A DNA stretch of 64,000 nt. Origin: Eledone cirrhosa (Eukaryota). Below are positions 24,601 to 37,610 of the stretch, piece after piece. The notes under the pieces were generated by a model, which was given only the letters and a program-made list of their open reading frames with translations, ran no database searches and had not been told where the DNA came from. A program made the translations under genes and the position numbers. Where the stretch lies: positions 102,982,001 to 103,046,000 of the forward strand of contig OZ024745.1 of assembly GCA_964016885.1 (NCBI GenBank). The letters run 5' to 3'. Within the stretch, counting starts at the first letter, position 1, and every line of letters begins with the position of its first letter.

Positions 24601-25934
24601 ATGTGTTGTTATTGTCACTGATGCTGGAGTTGGCTTCCTCTTGTTAATGGTAGAGGTAGTGATTGCTGGTAAAATGTTGATGTATACACGTGTTGTTGTT
24701 GTTGTTAATGTCACTGTTATTGTCGTTGCCTTCCTCTTGTTAGTAACTGAATCTTTCTCAATCCACACTCTACTTGTGAAAGTAATTAGGATGGTCATAA
24801 GGTAGAATTTTGTCCATTATCACTTTATTAAAGTGAAACACATAGACTAAATAATTTCTTGAATATTTTATTATAAGCTTCCTTAAAACCAAAATTAAGT
24901 AATGAGAAAATGGGGAAGAGGTAAAGAAGGGCAGATTTTGCTGTACGGGAACGTAGAGGAAAGGAGTATAAAAACCATAAATGAGAGGAAAAGGAGGGTA
25001 AAACGAAGGACTATAGGGCCACAGAAGAAAGGGGGGGGGGGTGAAGGGCTCTTGGCCTAGGACGCAGCAGTGTTGGGGCTGCACCCCAAGATAAAACTGC
25101 CATAAAAAAATAGAATGACACACTGTATAATGCAGACCTAGATAAACTATATCTGGAAAAAAAAAATGAGATGGTTAAAGTTGGAATGCTTTTGATAATA
25201 AGCTTGTTCAATTATGACTGATTGTAGCTACTGATTACTAAAAATTACACGTTACCATAGTATAAACTGAAGATGACTACATTAGATAATGATGTCCTAG
25301 ATTCAATCGGTCAGAATGACCTAGTGTTATACAACAACAACAACTCAAATTCAATTTCTCCTAAAACTACTGAGCTATAGTGATTGAAATTTAACAACAG
25401 GTTCAGGCATGAATGCCTGGTTAAAGAGTTCAATTCACAACCAAATATTTTCAGATTCAGTCCCACTGCATGACACTTTGGGCAAGTGTCTTGCACTATA
25501 GCCACAGAATAACTAATGCCTTGTGAGTGAGATTTTGTAGATCACAATTGTGCAAAAGCCCATCATGTGTGATTGTATTCATGTCTGCATTTATTGTTAG
25601 TGTTCATATCCCATAACCTAGCTGTTTGACAAAAAGAGATTGATAAAAAAAGTATCAAACTTGAAAAAACTGAGGCCAATCTTGGCGGTCCAGTATAGTG
25701 GCAGTCAGATGACTCAAGTAAAAGAATAAAACGATTAACAATGATAATCTTGCCCAGTAATTTAATTATTTCAATTGGTTAGGACTATTTATTATCTGAG
25801 TTCAATCCTCTCATTACACCCTCCCCCATCAACATTTTTGTTGTCCACCCCCTGCAGTGAGGTGTTGCTCAGTAGAATAAAGTACCAATAACATAAATGA
25901 GCTGACATATATAATTTATTTATGTTTTAAAATA

Positions 25935-26095
25935 CAGTGAAATTCTGTTATAACGAAATTCATGGGGTATAAAAATAAATTTGTTTTAATAAAAAATTCA
26001 TTATAACGAGATCGTTTGTTTGTTTATTTCTACATCGGGGACTGAAGAAAATTTTGTTATACTGAAAAATCTGTTATAATGGTATTCGTTAAAAA
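25935..26095. mobile_element. pogo/Tigger-like MITE, right end lost
   Basis: TA-CAGTGAAATTCTGTTATAACGAA, with repeated GTTATAAC-like motifs. Confidence 0.55.
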
Positions 26096-26134
26096 CACAC
26101 AAACAAAATATAAAAAACACAAAATAAAATCGCT

Positions 26135-26380
26135 GCCCTAGTAATGTTGGCCTGGACAGAGTGGTGGAGAATTCTCTTGTGAATGGAGAAAACATTGCCC
26201 CAGAGGATGTCAAGGAAGATGTGTTGAAATAGCCATTCCAACTCGAGGGGGCTTGCTCCTGCTTGTAGCCAACTCCACACCAATAGTACTGAGTAAGGAT
26301 GTAGTCTAGGGGGTTAAGAATGCTGGAAGTCTTCAGTGCTACAGGTTTGACCACAAACCTTTCAGAGAGTGACTGAATGG
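26135..26380 (-). mobile_element. Second CRE-like 3' fragment
   Basis: ELEWLFQHIFLDILWGNVFSI matches ELEWLFQRVSLAILWGNAFSI at 21.45 kb. Confidence 0.8.
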
Positions 26381-27208
26381 AATGTGAATGTCAAGAACAT
26401 GTGACTTGTGGTGACACATGTTCTATTTATTTATTCATTTATTTGTTGGCTGTCGAATGACAAACAGAGAGTGTGTGACAATAGTAGAATTAAAATGACA
26501 GTTGAAGGATAAGGTGTTTATTACATTGTTGACAGTGACAGATCTGAGTCTAAGTAACAACAATAAAAATAAATATTTGTGATATATACACAAATATATA
26601 TTTGAGTATATGAAGACTTTGGAGGGATTTACTAAAATTATTGTTTCACTATTAAGATGGTATTTGTCACATAAATTAAAAAGTTCTTCTAGAAAATGGT
26701 GCGGTAAATAAATATATACATATACACCAGGTCTGAACACAATGGGACCAAACTTCCACTGTCACTGCCTCCAACTCTCTTGCTCTCCTCATCTCTCCCT
26801 CCCCTAAAATTGCTGGCCTTGTGCCAAAATTAAAAATCATTATTATTATTCTGAAGGTGATTGATGGGTGGAATCATGAAACCTCAGATGAGATGCCTTG
26901 TTGAATTTAGTTACTCCCTTTATGTTATGAGTTCAAAATCCCATGGAGATCTAATTTCTTTTTCATATATAGGTATGTATATATGCTGGTATGGGTTGGG
27001 TGGTTATGTCCCACATTCTGTGAGTTGTACTATTAGTGGATTGGCAGAGCGTCAGACACCATGCTTTGCAGCATGGAGTTATGGACCTTTACGTTCTGGG
27101 TTCAAATCCTGCCGAGGTTAACTCTGCTTTTCATCTTTACGGGATTGATAAAATAAAATACCAGTAATGCACTGGGGTAATTGCTGGCCTTGTGCCAAAA
27201 GTACAAAA

Positions 27209-27470
27209 ATTATTAAAGAGTAGTGAGCTGATGCATGGAGATGCTATAAAATAGCTTATAAAATAGTGTGAAGACCCTTAAAGACAGAAAGAGTTGTCAT
27301 AGTTTCTTAGCTTAATAGTTCAAAGTGGCTAGACTGTATCTGAGAGATACGGGGTTCAATTCCTCATAGCTACAGATGGCAACTTCTTTTTCCATCTTTA
27401 AGGGTCCTCAGCCTATTTTATAAGCTATTTTATCGCATCTCCATGGATCAGCACAGTACTCTTTAATAAT
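27209..27470 (+). mobile_element. tRNA-headed element preceded by an inverted copy of its own tail
   Basis: 27209-27300 is inverted at 27376-27470; TAGCTTAATAG...GGTTCAATTCC head lies between. Confidence 0.75.
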
Positions 27471-27479
27471 AGCCAATAG

Positions 27480-27800
27480 AATAGTATAAACCATAGAATG
27501 TGGGATATAACCCCCCAACCCATATCAGCAGTGACTGGAGGACTTGAGTTAATCATAATGGGACTGACAAATATTTCTAACAAAATCCCAGCGAACATCA
27601 CCCAACATGAACTAAAAAAAAAAACGAAACCCAGTACTCCTAGGAAAAGCACATTCTCTCCAGAGGGTGTTGTCTTCTAAGTAACATCTCAGAACTATAT
27701 TTTGGACCTGATGATATGAGCTGAAACCAGAGACTCAGGCAAGGTAGCACACTCTTTTGTGATATACCAGTTCAGTACCACACCTCTTTCTGGGCTTGAA
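27480..27800 (+). mobile_element. R4/Dong-like 3' fragment
   Basis: RMWDI..ISAVTGGL.LI...KIP....EL...LLGKAH.LQRVLS-like reading. Confidence 0.6.
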
Positions 27801-28300
27801 TTCAACCCATGTCCAACAAACCCCTGTTTTGATTGTAATGCTAACAAAGGAACTGTTGTTAACATTCTTGTTAATATCGCACAATATTGTTGTTGTCACT
27901 AGTAATTTTCTTTGTCGCTCAAACTTGTGTTTTTATTTATGTCAAGCTGTAATTCTCTGTCTTTATAAGAGTGTCTCGTTTTATTTTGTTCATCTGCTTC
28001 TCATTTCAATTTTGTGCAAATCTTTTTGTTTAAATCCGTTTTCATGTATTGGGAAATTATTTCAACATTTTCTTTTGATGAAGCATACTATCTGCCACTT
28101 CCTTTCTTGTTTGATCTCTTTACTGCACCTTTGGTAGAAGAAGCCACATTGAATAGTGTCAACACAAAATAAATTTTTCAGAAAAATAAAATAATCTTTT
28201 GTCAATATCAGATATTAGAATATACATCCATGCATTTTGAAGTTTCCTATTTGCAAAATAATCTAATAAAGAAAAATTTCTTCAAGTAAAATTTAATAAT

Positions 28301-28487
28301 TGTTTCTACTTTAGGCACAAGGCCAGCAAATACCCAGTGCATAACTGGTACTTTATTTTATCGACCCCGTAAGGATGAAAGGCAAAGTCAACCTCGGCGG
28401 GATTTGAACTCAGATCGTAAAGGGACGTAACTATGCTGGAAAGCATGGTGTCCGACCCTCTACCGATACTGCCAATCCACCGCCTTG
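28301..28487 (-). mobile_element. Young Meta-like SINE with 16-bp TSD
   Basis: AGTAAAATTTAATAAT at 28285-28300 and 28489-28504. Confidence 0.92.
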
Positions 28488-29645
28488 TAGTAAAATTTAA
28501 TAATAATCGAATTTTCTTGGAGCTGTTTTGAATAACTCATCCATTTATGATGAAACAATAATGATATTAATATTATTTTTAATAATTGTTTCTCATGAGG
28601 GGACAAAGTCAGAACTTTGGTGCCGTTAGTTGTTAGTTAACTAAATTGACCCCAGTATAAGACAGGTACTATATATTGTTGATTCTAGCAGGATGAAAAG
28701 CAAAGTTGGCTTCAGCGAGATTTGAACTCAGATTGTAGAAAACCAAAACTAAACACAACCAGGCATATTGTTAGACACTCTAATGATAATAGTTCTTTAT
28801 TATAGCTATTAGGGCCCATTCACACATACAACAAAACAATAATAATGGTTTCTGATTTAGACACAAGGCCAACAAATTTTCTTTCTTTTTTTTTTGGTGG
28901 TGGAAGGCCAAAGTTGATTAAATCAACCCAGTGCGTGACTGGTACTTTATTTTATTGACTCTGTAAGGATGAAAGAGAAAGCTAAACTCTGCAGGGTTTG
29001 AATTCTGAACATAAAGGACCGTAAATATATGCCACAAAACATGTTGTCCGACACTCTACTGATACTGCAAATCCACTACCATTAATAATATTAATGATGA
29101 TGATGATGATAATTTCTAACATGGGTACAAGGCTACAGATTTGCAGGGAAGGCTAAGTTGATTTAATCAGCCTAGAAATATATATACAATTATTTCTATA
29201 AATCTTGGGTGTGGGCAAAATGACAATATTTTTCTTTTTAAGGCTGCTGTACAAGTTTTTTTGTTTGTTTGTGTATATGTGTATGTGTGAATCTGTGTGT
29301 GTGTATGAGTGTGTACTATATCACTAAGTGTTTGTTGAGATATATTTGTAATTTAGCGGCTGATTGCGAAATACAACAGGTTGTTCTTGTTTTTCTCTCT
29401 GACTCATTGTTTTATTTTCCGTAGAAACATTTCTTTCCTCTGGTATGCTGGGGACAGCTCAGTTGTTAGAAAGTTCATGAGACCTTTAGTCTGTTGAATC
29501 TTCTGACTGTCATAGGTTAGATAGATCATCATGGCTCGAGTCAGTTCTTATTTGAAGTGACGACCCTCATACATTGATTGGAGGATCACATCTTGCCCTT
29601 GTGTATATATATTTATATATATTTATATATATTTATATATATATT

Positions 29646-29680
<35 letters not shown>

Positions 29681-29970
29681 TTATATATATTTATATATAT
29701 TGGGAGCCCCTACATGGACACACTAGAAGAGGAAGACCAAGGTTAACATATGTTGATGCCCTAAGGACAGACACTGGTCTGTTGGAGATGCAGGATATGG
29801 CAGCAATAATGAGGGACAGAGACCGCTGGAGAGAACTCGTCCATGGATCTCGGGAATTTTACCCGCCTTAGATAGATAGATAGATATGTTTATCCTGGGT
29901 TCGGCCAAGGGTAACCACTTCTCCCGAAAGAATCAGTTCTAGTCCTGTAGAAGCCATTTCTATATCAAAT

Positions 29971-30013
<43 letters not shown>

Positions 30014-30189
30014 CACACACACATATATATATACATATGTATACATATATGTATGTATCATTCTTGACATGCATGCAAGTCGGTCAAGCTTAAACCATTT
30101 TGATATGTAAATATGTATGTGTGTATTTTCATCATCATTTAATGTTGATTTTTCCATGCTGTCATGGGTATATATATATATATATATAT

Positions 30190-30570
30190 CACAGTCAGTG
30201 ACTCAGCACTTTGTAGTTCAACCATTTGCAGTGATACCATCATATCACTGCACCCGAAGCTCTGTAGCTTCTTTTATGGCCATACCAACAAAATGAGACA
30301 GGGTTATTGTCATGTTTGTCACTGCCTCTTTTTCTCTATAACCCCATGTGACTGTTTCTAGCTGTGTGAGTGCCTCTATATGTACACAGAACTTCAAATA
30401 AATAAGTATACCTCCTTGCATTGGTCAGCTCATGCACACATACTTTTACATCAACAATCTCACAGTTTTTCTTCCTCTTCTCATTCTCTTCTACCTTTCT
30501 AGTTCTTTTATTTCACATTTTATCTTCTGATGAAGGACTAACATCCAAAATGTTAGGACTCTTTGCCTAC
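30190..30570 (+). mobile_element. Degraded Penelope-like 3' end with decayed hammerhead
   Basis: SVTQHF..S..H-like GIY-YIG remnant; CTGATGAAGGACTAACATCC-AAAA-TGTTAG near 30527-30556. Confidence 0.5.
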
Positions 30571-30598
30571 TATATCAAGCATTAAACTAATATATCTG

Positions 30599-31049
30599 TT
30601 ATTTAATTGATGTACATATGGTTCATTCAAATACAGAAGGAGGTAGTATTTAATTTAACTGTATAGATATCGTCAGAATCATTAGATAATATAAAAAAGA
30701 TATTTTTTTTACTAACCACATGTTTAATGACTCCAGACATGAAAATTCGAAAAACATAAAGAACATTAAAAATTATGGAAAGCTAGACATGTGAAATACA
30801 TTTTTTCACTACATATATTATTTAGTGCTTAGTTTGACTGTTATATTTCATACTCAAATTTTGACTCAAATAAATATTATAGGAGTGAAATTATCAATTT
30901 AATAACACTTTTCATGTGTCACCCAACATGCGGTTGGTAAAAAAATATTTTTTTTATATTATCTAATGATTCTGATGATTTCCATATGGTTGAATTAAAT
31001 GCTACTTCCTTCTGTGTTTGAATGAAACATATGTAAATCAATTAAATAA
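30599..31049. mobile_element. MITE or fold-back element with imperfect inverted repeats of about 140 bp
   Basis: 30599-30745 is inverted at 30909-31049. Confidence 0.75.
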
Positions 31050-31222
31050 TGTATTAAACCTTATTTAATCATTTTATATATAGTCTGTGATTTTTGTAAT
31101 ACTACTATGATAGGAAATTTACAAACTCTGAACTGTCTTTCGCCAATCTTGCTGTGGATAATAAAATCACATTAGAGCTTTGTACACCTTATACAGTTGT
31201 ATTATCAACTCATTTAATCTAC

Positions 31223-31288
<66 letters not shown>

Positions 31289-31561
31289 TTGTCTATGTAT
31301 ATATATTTAGTATAATATATATGTATGTGTGTGTGTATATCATCATTCATCATCATCATTTCATTTTACGTCCGCTTTTTCCCTGCTTGCAAGGGTGGGT
31401 TTGTTTGTGTTGTTATTTCTCTGAGGAACTGGAATCATATGGATATGATTCCAGTTCCTCAGAGAAATAACAACCCAACCAGGAGCTGGACATATCGGAG
31501 TATTGACGGAGTAAAACACACTTTAACAACATGTGTACCTGTCTCTACCACACCAATTCGA

Positions 31562-31616
31562 ACTGCCCGAAGAGGTCACAGACAATGATGGCTGTCACCG
31601 AAATATATATAGCAGT
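31562..31616 (+). ncRNA. Type I hammerhead (U4 to C variant) in a short PLE-like unit (31409-31670)
   Basis: ACUGC-CCGAAGA-GGUCACAG...CUGUCACC-GAAA-UAUAUA-UA-GCAGU, then AATAAA. Confidence 0.75.
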
Positions 31617-31665
31617 ACATCTTTAATAAACAAAGCGAAATCTTAAATATTTGACATAATTACTT

Positions 31666-31706
<41 letters not shown>

Positions 31707-31761
31707 TACATATATATTATACTAAATATATATACATAGACAAACACACACACACACACAT

Positions 31762-31796
<35 letters not shown>

Positions 31797-32145
31797 GAGA
31801 GAGAGAGAGGGGGGCTTAATAAAATATATGAAATATATCTGATGCACAAGAAAACAGAACAAGATATGTGTTATGAACCAAATAAAGCATCCAAATATGT
31901 GAACTTCATTCACATGCAGCTACACAGGTACAAGCTATTTCAAGTGCAATGTTTTTTCTAAATCTTATAAATAAGTATTACTGACGAGGGAAAGCAAAAA
32001 ACCTGTCTACAAACTTGTTCTTCCCTAGGAAAAATTGTTGTCTAATTTAGTGTAATGTTTTACGGTTGACATTTAGTTAGAATACGTCACACACCTGCTG
32101 GCACTACCACGTTGCCAAAGGAACTGTAGTTGAGGGTTAAAATAG

Positions 32146-32398
32146 ATTGATGTTGTTGTTGTTGTTGTTGTTGGTGGTGGTGATGTTGTTGGTGGTGCTG
32201 ATGATGAGGGTGGTGGTGGTGGTGATGTTGTTGTTGGTGGTGCTGATGATGAGGTTGTCGTTGTTGTTAGTGGTGGTGGTGATGATGAGGTTGTTGTTGT
32301 TGGTGGTGGTGGTGGTGATGATGAGGTTGTTGTTGTTGGTGGTGGTGGTGGTGGTGCTGGTGGTGGTGGTGGTGGTGGTGTTGGTGATGGTGGTGGAA
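32146..32398. repeat. Compound GTT/GGT/GAT microsatellite
   Basis: Direct inspection. Confidence 0.95.
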
Positions 32399-32779
32399 GG
32401 GAATACTATAAATTATCATGAGCAATATGATACTTTTCTTTTATTTCTTTTTTCTCAGCAAATTTTATTTTGTAAAATTGTGTATGCACACACATACACA
32501 CACATAGGTGTATATATATCATGTATTTTATGAGTTAACTGTCATACATTTAATTCTATGGACATAAGTTTTGTTTTGTTTTGTTTTGTTTTGTTTTGTT
32601 TTGTTTTGTTTTCATCTTTGTACTCCAAGGACATTGTTTGATTAATTTCTCAGACACTGTAACCCCAGGTGGACAAGCAGTACCATTGATAGAGGTCAAA
32701 ACTAGGTACATTTATTTCAATGGCTGATGACCATGGAATGTTCTACCTATTGCTAATACTGCTATATATATATATATAT

Positions 32780-33100
32780 AAAATAAGTAAGTCAAACATG
32801 TAAAATTTGGCTTTGTTTATTATAAATTCTCTGTTATATATATTTCGGTGACATCTATTATTGGCTGTGACCTCTTCAGGCAGTCCAGTTCCTCGGAGGA
32901 CTAACAACACACCCAGGAGCTGGAAATATTGATGTATTGACAGAGTGGAACGCACTTCAACAACATGTGTACCTGTTTTTTCCAAACTAATTCGGACTGC
33001 CTGAGGAAGTCACAGCCAATAATAGATGTCACCAAAATATATAAAGCAGAGAATTCATAATAAACGAAGCCAAATTTTACATGTTTGACTTACTTATTTT
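32780..33100. mobile_element. PLE-like unit with inverted 107-bp arms, one hammerhead per arm
   Basis: 32780-32886 is inverted at 32994-33100; minus copy keeps CUGAAGAG...CGAAA-UAUAUA-UA; body homologous to 31451-31660. Confidence 0.85.
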
Positions 33101-33199
33101 ACATTACTCCATAGTAAATAAACCAACCTGCATACTTCATTGAGTGCTCCAATTTGCATACTAAGGTGTCGGTAAACAACCAACATATACTCAAAATAT

Positions 33200-33958
33200 A
33201 TCATCATCATCATCATCACCGTTTTACGTCCATTCTTCCACGCTAGCATGGGTTAGACGGGTTGTCCTGTTGTGGGCAGTGTCTGGTCGGCTGACCATGC
33301 TTTGCTTATACAGGAACTTATTTGGCTTGATTTCTACAGCTGGATGCCCTTCCTAACACCAACCTCATTTACAGTGAGTGCTGGGTGCTTTTTTGCCGTG
33401 GCACCTACACGTCCACTTTACAGTGTGGTCTGGGTGCTTTTTTTGCTGTGGCGCCTCCACGACCACCTTGCAGTGGGAAGGTATGGGGGCATAGTGTCTA
33501 TATGCTTCAGCTTGTACCCATGGGAGGTTGGGTACTCTGTATTACTGCGTGACGCCAGAGGTCACGGTCGTGTGTCATCGCCTTTGAGAGGTGTAATTGG
33601 GTAAGGTCGGCTTTTATCACCTCATCCCAGGTCATCTTGGGTCTCCCCACTCCGCGTCTTCCATCGACTTCTAGTGCTCTGCACCTTTTTATGCAGCTGT
33701 CATCCTTCATACGCATCACATGTCCATACCAACACAACCGCCTCTCCTGCACACAGCATTTGATTCCTCTTATGCTCAGTCTCTCTCTCAATTCATTTAT
33801 GCTTTGTCGATCGCGTATATTACTATTACACATCCATCGGAGCATGCAGGCTTCGTTTCTCTCTAATCTATGTAAGTCTTCCACCTTCAGTGCCCAGGTC
33901 TCACTACCATGTAACATTGCTGTTCGGATACAGCATCATACAGTCTGCCTTTCATTTT
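33200..33958 (-). mobile_element. 5'-truncated RTE copy (subfamily C)
   Basis: ORF 33507-33917, 3'UTR and (CAT)n. Confidence 0.95.
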
Positions 33959-33972
33959 GTATATATATATAT

Positions 33973-34316
33973 TAACCAAAAATACACCCCCATCCCAACA
34001 CCCCTACCCCACCCCCATCTACACCACCCCTTCACTGTAAAGTTATGTTGGTACCACAACATCCAGTCCTAAATAAATGAGGTTGTGTAGGTGTACGACA
34101 AAAAAAACACACAGTCCACGCTGTAATGTGGCCGTGTAGGGAACACGGTAAAAATCTCCCAGTCCATACTGTAAACGTGGTTGGTGTTAGGAAGGGCATC
34201 CAGCCGTAGAAAACCTGCCAGACGAGCAAGACAACCAATCTTGCCTCAAGTAAGTGGGTGAATTCCCGTCTAAACCCATGCTAGCGTGGAAGATAGACGT
34301 TAACAATGATGATGAT
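33973..34316 (+). mobile_element. RTE 3'UTR-only copy (subfamily A)
   Basis: Matches 48143-48504; (GAT)n tail. Confidence 0.9.
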
Positions 34317-34465
34317 ATATATAGTGTAGGTAGTACAGTGAAATACTGGTGTTGGTACCAAATCAATAAATATTTTCATATGTAAACGAAACTTCCTCAT
34401 TTTATATATATATAATAAATAAGAGAGACGGTTTTATTTGTACATCTTCAATTTATTATCTAGTT

Positions 34466-34534
34466 CCATTATACGTATTTCAAAGACGCAAAGGTAGTTA
34501 TATAATAACCACCCAGCATGTTTTCTTCAGATGA
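34466..34534 (-). ncRNA. Type I hammerhead motif with long imperfect stem II
   Basis: Minus strand CAU-CUGAAGA-[hairpin GGUGGUUAU/AUAACUACC]-GAAA-UACGUA-UA-AUG, then AATAAA. Confidence 0.65.
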
Positions 34535-34963
34535 GTTGATATGTGTTTTTCTATCCATTGATATGCTACTAAATAATATATATATTTAGTTATACTTTGG
34601 GAGGGTCATGCTGTCAATAAAAAATACATCCACTTGTTGGGTTTCACTTCAATTTATTATTATAATTTCCAAGTCCGTTAGTTTAAAAACCTGATGGTTG
34701 TTTAGTTGTTGTTTGCCTTGAAAGCTCTTTCATCATGCATCCTGAGACCTCCTCAGTGACTAATTTTGTTGTTATTTTGTGCTTCTCCTTTGTTCTTTCT
34801 TACACCATCTTGTTTTTGTATATGTATTAATTGTATACATGTCTGGAATACTTACTCACTTGCATACTAGTTCAGTGATTAAATAATTCAGTTGATAGAA
34901 AAACTAGAATATTCATCATTAAAACCCATAGAGATCCAATTTTCTTTTTCATATATTGGTATG

Positions 34964-35010
<47 letters not shown>

Positions 35011-35036
35011 GCACGTGTGTGTATATGTATATATAT

Positions 35037-35104
<68 letters not shown>

Positions 35105-35460
35105 ATATACATATATGCATGTGTGTGTATTTATATATATATGTGTGTATATATATATACATGTATGCATGTGAGTATGTATATATATGTGTGTATGGTT
35201 TTTGCTATATTTAATGATATAAAAACATAAAAGTATTTTAAATGACTTTGTCTTAAAGTATCTAATGTCTGATGTTTGTTTGTTCATGTGTAAGGGACAA
35301 AAGGTTTGCATTTCTAAACAACAGTTTCATTCTATTGGCATTTTAGTGGGCTTAAAACTTGTATACAGAAGTGGATTGAGAAGAAATGTTACCGATGTAA
35401 ATTGCAATTGCTGTATTGTAGATTTAATCTGTTTTATTCATGGTAGAATATAGGTATCTT

Positions 35461-35589
35461 TATTTTATATAGAAATGATTTCTCCAGCATTAGAACTCTT
35501 TCATTCCTATGAAATCATCAGGAAAGTTCTGATGATTTCATACGAATGAAACAGTTTTAGACCTTCAGAAGTCATTTCTATATAAAATA
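35461..35589. repeat. Palindrome made of two divergent hammerhead cores
   Basis: Right arm CUGAUGA-U-UUC-AUAC-GAA-U-GAAA; left arm carries the same motif on minus; 4-nt centre. Confidence 0.75.
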
Positions 35590-35661
35590 GATGACGCTTT
35601 GTTATGACAGTTGAAATCTTTGGAAGACAGCCATATAAGGCCTTGTTAGTTGTGTGTAACT

Positions 35662-35699
<38 letters not shown>

Positions 35700-37061
35700 A
35701 CACACACACATATATATATATTGTGGTAGAGGTATGTATTAACAATTGAATAAAGAATTTAACTAATTTATTTTTGGCGCTGGGATAATGAAATTTCATT
35801 AAACTTCAGTAGTATAAATTTCAAAACAAAATCCTTTCAAATATTTCTGAAGCCTCATCCTTTAGGGTAGAGACTAAGTAGGTCATTTTATATATTTGGC
35901 ATACTTTATACAGTTTTTTTCTGGGAGTCTGGAATCTTTAGGAGATTTTGTGATAGAGCTGCCTTTAAAGGAATAGCATCGTATTTGGAGTGAGTTATCT
36001 CTCTTTCTCTCCCTCTCTCACACCTACTTTCTATAATTGAATTTGAAGTTGATAACTAGGATTATGAACTTACCATTACCAGTTAGTACTATAATCATGT
36101 AGGATTATATAACAGAAACTGACAATAGTACTTATTTGCTTCAGACATGCATTTGCCTCTTTCAACAGCAAAATAAATTGAGTTTGATTGCACCAAGAGA
36201 AAATATATTAACCACCAGTTGACTACCTTATAGCTTAATAAAAATGTCATGTTGTATAATATATTATATTGGCTGTTATATGATGACATTACTTGCTGCA
36301 ACAAATTTAAATGGAAATTACATGCTATAAAGAAAATTCATGGTCCTGTGGTTAGTATTAATAATTTAAATCTAGCTGTAAAACTTGATATAATAATTCA
36401 GTTTAATATTGAAATTTATAAAATTCAGCATATCATGGCAGAGGACAATAGCAGTAGAAATATTAACAGCAAAATTAATTTGAATGGTGACAGGATTTAT
36501 AAAAAGAAGAAATCTATGACAAATATAAAAGGCATGAATTTTCATTGATTGCAAAGACATCTGTTAATTGTTAATATATGTAGTATAGAATATTTATGAT
36601 AAATAAATAAGTTTTATCGTAGTGTTTTCATTAATTAGCTCCTACTTCTTTTTTCTTAATGAATTTTGGTGTTGTTGTTTAGCTCCAGGTCAGTCCTGAT
36701 CAATAAGTGTATCTTACTTTTTTGTATATCACTAACTACATTGTCCAATGTATTCATCTTAATTTAAAAGGATGGGTTGTGATGTGAAGGAAATTTAGTT
36801 GTTATTTAAACTGGAGATGCACTCCATTAACACTGCCAGGCCAGAGTGATTTCTAAATATTCTCTGGAATAGGCTGTTCATGAGATTTTCTTTGTCTTCT
36901 AGTGTTTCTTGTGAGTGCTGTTCTTGTTAAGTACTAACCATCTATAAAATACAAGTTTGATAATATAATCGCCACATTGCTCAACTGATAGTGAACTGTG
37001 AGTGCTTGATAAAATTGAAGATACCAACCACCCTATCTTGGTCTTTGCTTGACCATAATAA

Positions 37062-37610
37062 TTGTTTCTACTTTAGGCAGAAGGCCAGCAATTTGCGGGT
37101 AGGGAAAAGTCGATGAAAGGCAAAGCTAATCTTGGTGGGATTTGAACTCAGAATGTAATGGGCCATAACTGCAAAGCATGGTGTCTGACGCTCTACCAGT
37201 ACTGTAATAATGGTTTCTAATTTAGGCATGCGTCCAATAATTTTGAGGGACATGATAAGTCAATTAAATGAAGCCCAGTACTTGAGTGGTACCTTTATGT
37301 ATCGAACCTGGAAGGATGAAAGGCAAATTTGACCTCAGTTGGTTTTGAACTCGTAATATAAATGGAGTAAATAAATACAAGGCATTTTGTCTGATGCTTT
37401 CATGATTCCACCCATTAATCACCTTCATAATAATGGTTTCTTATATAGGCACAAGGCCAGTAATTTTTGGGGGGAGGGGAAAGTCGATTAAATTGACTCC
37501 AGTACATGACTGGTACTTTATTTTATTGACCCTGTAAGGATGAAAAGCAAAGCTAACCTTGATGGGATTTGAACTCAGAACGTAAAGGATCATAACTCTA
37601 TGCTGCAAAG
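37062..37610 (-). mobile_element. Cluster of three Meta-like SINEs
   Basis: Repeated GGATGAAA(A/G)GCAAA...TTTGAACTC. Confidence 0.8.

Noticed and set aside
27705-27740. CTGATGA...GAAA motif
   Set aside because: No stem II or stem I pairing; lies in an R4-like 3'UTR
27800-28160. Possible R4 N-terminal remnant on minus
   Set aside because: Similarity too weak to support
32147-32533. Poly-L/V hydrophobic ORF
   Set aside because: Trinucleotide microsatellite
34715-34762. Minus-strand CTGAGGAG...GAAA (similar weak cases at about 588, 2925-2972 and 14974)
   Set aside because: Stems too degenerate to call
36240-36570. AT-rich stretch with homeobox-like sites and a 99-aa ORF
   Set aside because: Such motifs are expected by chance at this AT content, and conservation cannot be tested here
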